A stretch of DNA of 62,235 nucleotides, counting the filler, from Sphacelaria rigidula (lineage: Eukaryota), in the NCBI GenBank assembly GCA_964200075.2. It is 10 parts of 10 records of this genome, joined end to end, with 100 filler letters (N's around TTAATTAATTAA, not from the genome) between each part and the next. Parts side by side here need not be neighbours in the genome. Positions count along the whole stretch, not along the records: positions 6,236 to 12,369 come from CAXNAA020022009.1; positions 12,470 to 18,603 come from CAXNAA020022010.1; positions 18,704 to 24,837 come from CAXNAA020022011.1; 7 more parts are not named here. One strand, 5' to 3'. Below are positions 11,396 through 23,282 of this stretch, piece after piece. The position numbers and the translations under genes were made by a program. The notes beneath the pieces are model-generated. The model made no database searches. It saw nothing but the letters and a program-made list of their open reading frames with translations, and was not told the origin of the DNA. Position 1 is the stretch's first letter; each line of letters begins with the position of its first letter.

Positions 11396-13254
11396 AAAAA
11401 AATCATTCCACACTTTTCACCACTTTTGTCGGGTTTTCTCTGGCGACAGGGCAATTTTTACCGCGCCTCCTTTTGCGTTGCACTGAGAAGGCTCAGCGGT
11501 ACATTACCGTTCAGGTTTGGGTGTCATCTCATATCTGTGGCGCGTGTTCTGGCCACTGAAAGTCGCTCAAACTGTCCCTTTTTACTGGGGTGTCGATCCC
11601 GAACCACGAAAGCCTTTTCAAGATAATGGAAAAAATGAAACGAGAATCCGAACCCCCCCAAAAGCCCGTTGAAGATCACGGAAATCTTCAAACAGGATTA
11701 CTTTTGGCGGGGTATTTTCCCCCCGTGTGTCTCTTTGTCGCGTCATCGTTCATTTGGGAGCACGACACACCGGTTATTATGCCGTCAATGTCCCGAGAAT
11801 ATGAGAGCAAAGCAGTTGAAAACAATTGAACATTGCCTTGGCCTTAGCCAGCAGCAAACACAAGACCTTGTAATGGCCCGTTGGCGAGTCGAACAAGGCA
11901 CAGCAACAATGCAGCACAGGAATGTTTTGCCGCAAAAACAATCAACTTTCCCCGCTGTCATGCCTTTGTGGCACGAGGGTTACTTCGCACTCTGGCACCT
12001 CGGAAATACCACACATGTCCTACGCCGGCGGTTTCGCCGTCGGCCTTCGTCCGAATTACCATTTTTCCGAACGACATCCGATAACACATGCGATGTTTTG
12101 TTCAGCTACAACCACTACTGTACATTGAGATACAACAGCCTCTCTTGACTATATTCTTCCGACTTGCGTCACCCCAGGGAGGCCCGTACCAACCTCCCGA
12201 AGGGGGAACCTTGTATATCTTACTGTATATGGTTGTGTGTATTCGGTCATGTCTACCCCTTTTCAGATTACTCATGTCATGTTCACCCCCCCCCCCCCCC
12301 CCCCCTTTTCCCTCCCCCCTTTCCATTACCACCCCCTTTTCCATATACAAAAGGACCCTCTCGCAACCTNNNNNNNNNNNNNNNNNNNNNNNNNNNNNNN
12401 NNNNNNNNNNNNNTTAATTAATTAANNNNNNNNNNNNNNNNNNNNNNNNNNNNNNNNNNNNNNNNNNNNACCCGGCGTGCTCCGTCCCGGCTTTGTAGCG
12501 ATGCGAGGTCAATGGTCCTATGACTATGGCATCCATGATCATGAGTATACCACCAGAAAAGTCCCCGCAATGTGCCCAGAAATCCCCTCTCTAGAGGAGA
12601 CTTGAGGAACTGCAAAAAAGAACACTTCCTGAAATCCCCTTTTGAAAAAGAATTTCCGGACAGCTTAAAGGGGAACATACATATCCTGCTGACAGGAGCA
12701 CATGCAAAGCCCTAACACACAACCCAACAGGATCCGAGCTACACCTGTGGAACAATACGATTTAGTTTGTTATATCACAACATAGTATAATATGCTGACG
12801 GTGGAGTTTGTCACGCTCACTGCGTTGAGAACCACACACGCTGCGCTCACCATAAATGCATCGCGAATTTTTTTTGCGATGCTGTACAGTCTGAGGAGTG
12901 TATATCTAAAAGAAAACACAACCAATCTATACACACAAAAGCAGCTGGGTTTCCTGCCTGGCAAGCTTGTACGATAAGTTCAAGGGTTGGTGGTGGTGGT
13001 GGTTAGTCTCTGTGTGTGAGCTGTTGCTGTGCGTGTCGTTATGATGCGTCGTCTCTATTGTGTGCGGGGAATTTCAAAAATATGTTCGTCGGACCGGCGG
13101 GTCTGCTCAAACATGCTGGGGAACTGGTTCTACTGTACAGGCAGATTCTGTGAATTCGCCCGTGTACACGCAGATACACGGAGGTCGTGAAATTCATGTA
13201 CAGTTTCGCGAGACGAAGCTCGAAGCTTGCCTGCGGCAAATCTCGGAAAACCTA

Positions 13255-14400
13255 CGAGCTGGGCCAGCCTAGAGGCGGATTTGAAGTTTGCAGACGAATG
13301 CGCCGGCTAATATCCAGAGTTGGAGTATAAAATTCGGTATGGACAATGCATAGAGCATGAAAACAAATCATAAAAAAGCACCAGAAGTTTTTGTTTTTCG
13401 TGAGTTGAGGGCATTTTACTGATACCTGACTGATCATTGCCCTTACCTCACGAAAAACAAACTTCTGGTGCTTCTTCAAAATATTTTTTTCATGCCCTAT
13501 GCATTGTCCATACCAAATTTTACGCTCCTACTCTAAATATTGGCCGGCGCATTCGCCTTCCAAACACCGGGTCGGTAGAAATTCGGAAGAGTACTTCGCA
13601 AGCCACTCACCGGCCCACGTTTGTTTGTTGTGTACTGGAATATTGTGTGGGCCCTCGCTAGGGCATAATTAACAAAACTTAGTGGGTCATTTGTTTTATT
13701 ATTTTTTTCACTGGTTTATGGCGTTTTAGTATGGTAACGACCATTTTTTTACGAGAACGCCCGAACCCCTCCCCCCCCCAAAAAAATGAAGGCCCATTTT
13801 TTTGGGGGGGGAGGGGAGAAGTTCGGGCGTCCTCCATGCTAAGTTTCAAATCACGATTTTCGAAATTGAGCTAAAAATTGAGATAAGGCCCAAGAGCAAT
13901 GTTCATTTCTCCTCACAACTCCCCTAAAAACACGAAACAGAATGAAAAAAAACGAAAGAAAAGTACAAGCTGTTATTTTTATTTCATCATGCACCAGCGG
14001 TCCTCCATACCAAATTCCATAGCACAACTCTCAAAAACTGAGACGCCATATCCAGATTAAGGGCATCCAGTGCCTCTGCTCGTAATATATCGATTCTAGT
14101 ATGGAACCTCATGTGCGCCATATTTCGAGATAGACTACGAATTGGGTGAAAGTGAGGGTATCTTTTGTCTTTTCGTGCTCCAGAGAAGGTCCACACCAAA
14201 AATCGTCCTCATCCGCTGAATGCATCGTTTGGAGTTCCATATAGATTTTAGTGTGGACGCTATCTCCGTACGGTATAGGAATTACTAGACACGGGGTTTA
14301 ATCAACGAAAAAAAAATGGCCCAGATTTTTGAGCAGATGGGCACCTTTCCCTTGATGAGACGATTAGTACGATAGGCGGATCATGGCCCAACTCATCTCT
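13255..14400 (+). mobile_element. Second member of the foldback dispersed repeat family
   Basis: Long imperfect hairpin at 13293-13557. Downstream sequence is colinear with 9060-10220. Confidence 0.6.
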
Positions 14401-17400
14401 GTCGATGATATATTGCTTTGCGATAATAGATCCGTCTTTAGGCTAGCCCAGCTCGTATGAGAGTATGCATGTCGAACGATACAGATGAAACCCCGGTGTT
14501 CGCTGAACGCCATCCTTCATGGCGAAGAAAAGCGCCGAGTTTGGGACGGTACGGTGTAAGCTGCCCGTGAGCATCGATGCCAGGAGTCGGTTGGCATGAC
14601 GTGCTGGCAATTAGTCGGCAAGGAGTGTGGATGCCGTCGATCACGGTGTGTAGGCAATGTGTGCAGTGCGAACAACCGGTGAGGAGTTTCGTATTAGATA
14701 TTCTGTCCGTCTTGGCTGCGTGTGGCGAAGGTGGACTCATATTATCATCTCTCGTGTGAGTGGAGTGTTGTCGGATTATGATACAATTGAACCGTCGCTG
14801 CGAACAATGTATGTCACGTTCTCTGTGAACAGGAAAGAGTGACATGCCCCGGAGCGGTGATCAGTACAACAGTATAGCCACCACAGCATAGTGCCGACAT
14901 AGACGTGACTTTTGAACTTCTCCCACGGCTGATTATTCTGCAGTCGCAGAGGGGTCTGCAGATAGCAACGTGAATGAAGGACGCTATATCCTCACAAACT
15001 AATGCGAGCAAACACGCAGTGTTATAGTCGCCATGATTATGTCTGTTCTGGGACACGCCATGCCCTCTGCCTCGGCTTCTGTGTGGCTGGGTACAGAAGC
15101 GCCAACGTTTTCCTTTGATAATTTTGTCAGAGTGTAGCGTACAAAAAGTGTATGGCATTCTCGCTAGCTATTTTGAGGATACATGATGAATTGATACACA
15201 CGCACAAAAGTTAATCCAACTCAGACCTCGTGACACCCCCACGGTTCTCGGAACCCCTCGCAGCGAACAACAGAAGCAACGAACAGAAGCGCATAATACA
15301 GTCTTCATGACATGTAATCTGTTCAAGCAAACACCACGCGCTCGACGTTGGGCTCAGTGCAGAGCTGTGTACACAAACGTCATCGTTGGTCTCTTGGTGG
15401 TTCGTGTCCTTTTGAGGGGCCCAACATATACGGAAAGTGGGTGTCTGTGCAGTCAAGTTCACCAGTTGGTTTTAATGTGGTTTCCAAAAACTGAATTTTT
15501 TAATAGATTTCAAATAAAAGTTCCAACTTGTAAGAACGTCCAATGCTGATTGTTTCCCACGGTATCGACAGCGAATGTGCAGGGAACGGACTGAGCAATG
15601 AATACGAACAGACCGCAGATCTTGTTCATCCCCTGAAGATGCACGCCGTAAAATCACCCAGAGCACTTCCGATTTGAGTGGGGTTACCATTTCACGGTTT
15701 CGAAGTTTTCTCCTCCCGGAGTACGACCCACGGCGTGGCTCGGCTACTCACCGGCGTGTATTTGTGTGAGCTACGATGTTGGTGCTCACTTTGTCAAAAG
15801 AAGTTATGGTGATCGAAAAAATCGAAAAAAAACTTTAGTTTCCGCACTTAATGCATTATAAAACTCGGATCCTGGTGAGTTAAAAAATTCCAAGCACCGA
15901 TGTTGTAGCTGTGGTTTTGGCGCAGGTAATGCAAAAATTCGTTTCCCAATCGTTGGCCTTGGTTAGGAGTATTTTCTGAAACAGGTTGGGCTATCAGCCC
16001 AAACAAGCGCCTCCAGCCCTCGCCAGTTTCGACGACACGCGAAAACCTCACCCCTGTCCAACGGCCTCTGAATAGATGACACCCATGAATAACTCTTGAT
16101 AGTACAGATGGTTGATACATCGGATATGTAGAATGTTCGAGAGGTGGAGAATTTGAACCTTCGACCGAACCTCCAGAAGCAAGCATAATCTTTGCGACCT
16201 CGTAGCAGCGAATGGAACGAATTATAACACTAACTCTAACCCCAACCCTAACCCTAATCCTAACCACAACGAAGGCATACCGATAACCCTCGCGCAAGGG
16301 GGGTGCCATGTCTTCCCTAGGCAAAGGGTGCGTTACCAGACCTCAAATTGGCGCCCCGGGCGCCAATTTAGACAAAAACGCGTTCTGGGCACGCTAGGAG
16401 CATGCTGGGAGCACAGCCTCATGAAAGATCCGGATTTCGGTTTCCCCACTAAGATCAAGATTGACCAACTTACCCTCCCGGATGGCAAAATATACTGCGT
16501 CAAGATGACACAAAAGACAGCATAAAATCGTCGGCCCACTTTCGCCGAGCCACATGGCACCGAAGCCCCATTCATGTCTTTCAGTGGATCCACCCTTCCT
16601 AAGACACGCGTCTGTTGTATCTGTACTGGTGGGCTACGAACGACCGTTTGTCTTCATTCCCTCTTGCAACACAATATCCGATTAACCCCTAGATCACGAG
16701 CGCCGTGCATCTGGACCATGCATACTTTTTTCAAGTGAAAAATGATGCCGATTCAGCATGTGACAAACCGTCGCGGTCAGGGGGTTATGATATTCATCAA
16801 ATGAAAAGCCATGCCCACAGAACAACAAATTCACTTGCACAAGGCAAGTCATTCATCGACTAAAAGCTGTGGAATGATGGCAGCCAATGAATCAAGCTCC
16901 TCGAAACGTGACGAGGAGGTGGACCAACACCCGCCATGCCCACATGACACACCCGGTGATTATTTGTACTCCACTCGTCTGTGTAAGGGCCGTCCTCGTT
17001 GAGGGCCCTCCTCGTTGAATTTCTTGACTACATATGGCTCTGTCGCATGTTAGCACATTGTGTATGTTGGCCCAATTTCCATCCGCATCCCACCCAAAAA
17101 ATGGTTCAGCTTGGTTTCAGTACCGGCGTTGGGCTACAAATGGTATGGTTGATATTATTTGATTTGAGAGTGTACAGCGAGAATCAGAATTTGAGTACGG
17201 TTGACGGTTCCGTCTGCTCCTCGGGTGTGCAGCACGCGTTTTCGTTGAAATCGGCGCCACAGGCGCCCATTTGAGGTCTACCAAGGCCTCACTTCATTCA
17301 GGGAATGTCTATACCGCGCTGTTCTCGGTGTGCGTTGGGTGGGGTCAACCCAACCAGCCTCCTTGCATGCCAGGGTATCGCAAGCGCGGACGAAATGCGA

Positions 17401-18087
17401 CGCAGCAGTGGCATGTATTATACGACGTATGAGGAACAAGAACGGAAATAACGGTAGGGTTCCGATTTTAGAATCCACTCCACTTTTTCTTTATATGGAT
17501 TTTGTATCCATGCCGTTCTCTTCCAACGACGTGAGGTATATTTTACCCCACGAGCCTGGATAAGCCCCCGAAGTCGGTCTATTTGTGTCTGTTCGCGATA
17601 TTGGTCGGTGACACTTTTTTTGCCCATTTTGGGGGGGTCAGGCGCGCCCATAACTGAGCAATGGAGTACTGGTGTGGTTGGTGCTCTTGTATAATCTGTG
17701 TCGTGATGAGCACATGTCGCAGATACTTATTTACATTTCACGTGGTGCACGATTTTCTTGAAAGAGGCACGCAGAAGACGCCCAAACCACAAGAGCAATT
17801 CAATTCCGTAGTCGAGGCAGGTGCCGCCGCAAGCCACAAGAGGAATTTAATTCCGTAGCCCTCGAGACGCAGTCCAACTCCATAGTCAAGGCGTGTTGAA
17901 AATACTGTTCCGATAAGGATCATTGGTGACTTGAATAGAGAATGGGAAATCCGGACACCGCCGACTTGATCGCAGCGTACAGTGGAGCGACATTGCGCTG
18001 TTGATATATAGGATAATAATAACAATAAAAATACTAGTAATAATAATAATGATGATGACGATGATGATGATGACAATAATAACACAG

Positions 18088-18480
18088 GCTGGGCCAGCCT
18101 ACAGTGATTTTTTTAAGTATTTTGGCGATGCTGTGGGTAATTCGAAGAGTTGGGTGTTGAAATTTTGACACGACATTTTCATCATCACTACGCACCACAT
18201 TTCTTGAGGTGCATCGAAAAAAACAAATAATACAGGAAGTTAGAGCGATTTGAAGTTTCTGCAAAAACTAGAAAAATGCTATGACTCCGTGAAAAAAAAA
18301 ACAGATGCACCTCCAGAAATGTTGCGCGTAGTATTGATAAAAGTGCTGTATCAAAACTTCAGCGCCAACCTCTTCGAATTACTCACAACATGCAATTTTT
18401 CGTGTGGCACCCGGTTGTCAAACTGGTAGAACCGCCTCTTATTACAGAGGTGACGAGTTCGAATCCCGACACGATCATTT
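18088..18480 (+). repeat. Foldback repeat followed by a tRNA-like sequence (18400-18476)
   Basis: Inverted arms at ~18127-18215 and ~18302-18392. Then TCGTGT...CCTCT-tattac-AGAGG...GAGTTCGAATCCCG-ACACGA (acceptor, anticodon-like and T stems). Diverged homologue at 57079-57512. Confidence 0.55.
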
Positions 18481-18956
18481 TTGTTTTGCGCATAATCTAG
18501 CATAGCGCCTTGCATCTGGGGGTGTATAGCGCGATTTGAGAAAGAACTTCTCTCTCTTGCGGTGGTGAATGACCGTCGGCTGGGAGGTTCTCGCCCATGA
18601 TGGNNNNNNNNNNNNNNNNNNNNNNNNNNNNNNNNNNNNNNNNNNNNTTAATTAATTAANNNNNNNNNNNNNNNNNNNNNNNNNNNNNNNNNNNNNNNNN
18701 NNNCGTCGCATGTTGGGACCTTGATCCCAACTGCGATCACTCCCCTTCCTTCCCTCTTCATCAACAAAGCTTTATACACATTTCTACCTCATCTTGATCG
18801 GCAGTCAGCCGTGTCCATTGATCGACTATCGCAGTCGTGTCCATTGATCGACTATCTGAGTCGAGTCTGCACCCCATCCTCTCACGGGGTCACGAAGCTA
18901 CACTCAAACACTCTAGAGCCCCTACCCAACTTGGGAGCTTTGTGACCAAGGGACCG

Positions 18957-19830
18957 ATGGCGGACTGGAGCACCGCGGAAAGACACTTGGCCGTAGTGGG
19001 AGACACATCGTCTCCAACGGAGATGCTGGAGGTGAAAGAGAATGTCGCCACCTTGCAAGGATCGGTGACGGGAATTACCGAGCAGCTGGGGGAGCTGAGG
19101 ATGATGATGTCCCAGTTAGTGCGCGGGACATCATCCACTGGCCTTGGAGCGGCAGTGGGCGGGGAGGGGGAGGCAGGCGACGGGAGGCACACCGTCGCCG
19201 GTGCCGGAACAGGGGGGGTCCGGTCACCACGCGGTGTAGGGATTGTATCAGGCCCTCTCCGAGCACCCACGGGCGAGGGATCCGCCCAAGTGAGTATGAA
19301 CGAGGAGTCCCCGGCTTACTACCCTCATCTAGCCGTGAAGAGTTGTTTTCGTGTTGATGAATGATTCGATGAGAAGTTTGACGGTAGGGAGGAAACTTGG
19401 CCGTTGTTCCGTGATGACGATTCCCTGACACAAGTTAGTGCCGCAGTTTTCATAAGCGCCCCACGTGACAGACGGGATATATTTCCGTATAACACAGGAA
19501 ACTGGCCAGGACCCCCGTGAAGTGGCAAGGGAAGTCGAAAAAGGGATTGACGAATTTGCAAGGGACCTCGGGAGATACGGGGGATTCGAAACCTGATGGG
19601 CGTGAAAAATGGTTCTGTAAAGGAGAGGTGGTGTTGGATTTGCCGGAAGCAAACAGCACAATTCGCGCGTGACTGTCCGGAACATTATATGAGATGGGAA
19701 AAAAGGGAACACTCTTATCAGGATTGTAATACAGGAGAAAACGAAGATACAGCGATGGCAGTAGGGTCGTCGGGTAGTACCGATTCTTCAGTATGTCCGG
19801 AAGCGGACGCAGAAGCCTTTTTAAAAAATG
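18957..19830 (+). pseudogene. Degraded gag-like ORF, copy 1
   Basis: MADWSTAERHLAVVGDTSSPTE...coiled coil. Eroded zinc knuckles (CWICRKQTAQFARDC) with in-frame stops and frameshifts. Confidence 0.7.
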
Positions 19831-22416
19831 ATGGCATGAGACCTATGCATGACTCAAATACCCCTTTGTTTTTATGTTTTGAGTGTTCGTGACCGTCATG
19901 CAGATAGCGATTCATGTACCCAAGGAAAGGTTGTTGCTCAGGTGGATCGAGATGTTGACATCTCTGGACGATGCTGAGACTATATTTTTGGTATGGACAC
20001 CGAAACTCAGTGTTGATGTTTGACGAGTATTTCTGTCTCGATGATTGCAGACTTGCTTTGCGCGCTTGTTTGACTCGATTGATGAGTAGAAAATCGTCTG
20101 CCGTTTTTGTGAGTGTGAGAAGAACGGGGCACCGCGACTTGACTTGACTGTGGAGCGGTGTCGGTAAAATTGCACAGACTGAAGTGCGTGAAGAGTGTTG
20201 AGGACATGTTTTGACATGGATGCCGAAACTCAACGCTTATGTGTAACATTGTTGCCACCCCGATGAGCGCAGGACTGTGGGGCACCACACACTTACTCGA
20301 TCGGTTGAGGTGGAACCTTGTTCGTCGCCTTGGTGAGTACAGGCACGTGGGGCACCATGGTCTGACTAGACTAGAGGGTGATGTCGGTAAAACGTCTCGC
20401 AGAGGGGTATGCGGATGAACAATGGTTGAGACCACAAAATTTGAGGTGGGTTCCGAAACCCGACATCTAAGTGAAAAAAACTTGTCATCATTCCGAGAGG
20501 TGTAGGATTCACGAGGCATCTGTTTCTTGACTGGATTGGTTGGTGAGACTTCGTTGTTATGGTAGGAGCAAGGACTGAGTATAGCGCAATACTAGTAGCT
20601 TGGCCTGATCATGATAATTTCGGAAGAGTGGCTGTGGGCACAAATGAAATTCCCATATTTGACAAAACGCATGTGACCCATATTTGATGGCTAATAGACG
20701 GAGCTGACGTTATGTGGGAGATGTGGTTCATGTGCCCAGCATGATAAAGGAAAAGTGCATGGTATCACCCATATGGGAGCTGGTCGTTGCTCGGTTGGCT
20801 GGCCAGGCGAATTCCATACAGGTTTACACATGTTGGCACGGCATGTAAAAAATCAAAGTGTACTGTTCCATGCAACCAGGATGCTAGCGGCCGAACTGCC
20901 GTTTGATCCATGCGTGGTACGTGAACGAGAAGTGCAAAGTTGAAATAATTGTGCTGAAGCCGGGTATGATATGTCGGTGTGCGTTCGCGACTGCCGTAAC
21001 GCGACACCACAGTACGGCACGTGGTAAAAGTATGTTCCATCGGTTGGTGATTGACGCGCCTGAGTGACATGGATATTAAAACTTTTCCTTTCTGTTGTCC
21101 CACTGCCCATTCCCTTCTGGTCTGCACGATATGTGAGACGCTGAGCCTCCAGAAATCATCTTTGTCCGACACAGGTGCTGTCTGTACGGCTGAGACGAGC
21201 ACGAGGTGACGGATGGTTTTGGAGGGCGGTGACCGACCAGGACCAAGATCAGCCCCTCGCTGCAAATCTCCCCGCTACGGGGGAAAGATGATGAATGTAG
21301 CACTCCCTCCCCGTGGCCTAGAAGCGGGGGAGGGGGGAGACTTTGATTAGCAAGAATTGGGGGGGGCTGATGCTGATCGTGTGTTTTGTCTGGAGGCGTT
21401 GAGCTGCTTTGCTCCGCCGGTCACCGAGGGGGAATAAGGGGTAAAGTAGATGTAGTGAGTGTCTAGTTTGGTTTGATGACGTAAGCACTACTGTAGTATG
21501 GATTGCTGAATTTGAATTTTGAAAATTGATTCTTGTACTGTAGGCAGCTGGCTGACTGTGAAGTGGATTTTGGAACATGTGATCCGAGTTTCGAAAGTTG
21601 TCAACTGCACTGTGTTCTGTGGGTTCATATATGTTACCTAGGAGCCTGGTCTCGCGTGCGTAGTGCAAGTTACTCGAATGCAAAGTACGACCACCCACGC
21701 TGTTTTAAGGGGCATGGGCTAGTACAGTTGAAGAATTTGACTTGCCTTTCGCATGGATTGACCATCAGGAGCTACAGTGTGGTGAACACACAGCTCATCC
21801 ATCCGTGTTTTTTTGTCATGGTGTGAAAAGAAAGATACCGATGTATTTGATTCTTGGCTGGTCCCATAGTCGTTGAAAGAAGTGACGAGTTTCGGGATTT
21901 GCGGTTGTTTTACGGTTGTGATGAATTTGTTTTTTGAGAGGATACACCTGTTGAATACGCCGTGAGCGGAAGAGTTCTTTTTCCGTGGGTAGCTCTGCTA
22001 ACTAAGTATGGTCCTTGGAACTTACTTTTGATACCCGCAGTCAACGGGGGGGTGTTCGCAGGATGGTCTGGGGTGGTCAATAAGATACACCTTGTCAAAA
22101 TAAGGTACAACAGTCTAGTGATGGTACATACCGGGACTACGCGGGATGACTTTATATTGTGATGTTCGTGACTGGACATACGTGAGTGGTGCTCGTCGCA
22201 TGTTGGGACCTTGATCCCAACTGCGATCACTCCCCTTCCTTCCCTCTTCATCAACAAAGCTTTATACACATTTCTACCTCATCTTGATCGGCAGTCAGTC
22301 ATGTCCATTGATCGACTATCTGAGTTGAGTCTGCACCCCACCCTCTCACGGGGTCACGAAGCTACAAGCACTCCAGAGACCCTATCCAACTTGGGAGCTT
22401 CGTGGCCAAGGGACCG

Positions 22417-23282
22417 ATGGCGGACTGGAGCACTGCGGAAAGACACTTGGCCGTCGTGGGAGACACATCGTCTCCAACAGAGATACTGGAGGTAAAAGAG
22501 AATGTCGCCAGCTTTCAAGGAACGGTGACGGGAATTGCCGAGCAGCTGGCGGAGCTGAGGATGATGATGTCCCAATTAGTGCGCGGGACATCGTCCACTG
22601 GCCCCGGAGCGGCGGCGGACGAGGAGGGGGAGGCAGGCGAAGGGAGGCACACCGTCGCCGGTGCCGGAACAGGGAGGGTCCGGTCACCACGCGGTGTAGG
22701 GATTGTATCGGGCTCTCTCCGAGGATCCACGGGCGATGGATCCGCCCAAGTATGAACGAGGATTCCCCGGCTTACTACCCTCATCTAGGCGTGAAGAGTT
22801 GTTTTCGTGTTGATGAAAGATTCGATGACAAGTTTGACAGTAAGGAGAAAAATTGGCCGTTGATCCGTGATGATGATTCCCTGACACAAGTTAGTGCCGC
22901 TGTTTTCATAAGCGCCTCACGTGACAGACGCGAAATATTTCCATATGACACAGGAAACTGGCCAGGACCCCCCGTAAAGTGGCAAGGGAAGTCGAAAAAG
23001 GGATTTGCGAATTTACAAGAGACCTCGGGAAATACGGGGGATTCAAGACTAGACGGGCGTGAAAATGGTTCTGCGAAGGAGAGGCGATGTTGGATTTGCC
23101 GGAAGCAAACAACACACTTCGCGCGTGACTGTCCGGAACGACATTGTATGAGATGCGGAAAAAAGGAACACTTTTATCAGGATTGTAATACAGGAGAAAA
23201 CGAAGATACAGCGATGGCAATAGGGTCGTCGGGTAGTAGCGATTCTTCAGTATGTTCGGAAGCGGACGCAGAAGCCTTTTGA
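22417..23282 (+). pseudogene. Degraded gag-like ORF, copy 2, with two zinc knuckles
   Basis: CWICRKQTTHFARDC (CX2CX5HX4C) and CMRCGKKEHFYQDC (CX2CX4HX4C). Frameshift near 22752. Confidence 0.75.

Noticed and set aside
18400..18476. Functional tRNA gene
   Set aside because: The D-arm and anticodon loop (6 nt) are irregular, the T-stem has mismatches, and it is part of a repeat. The tRNA-like sequences at 3178 and 6240 likewise lack a proper cloverleaf.
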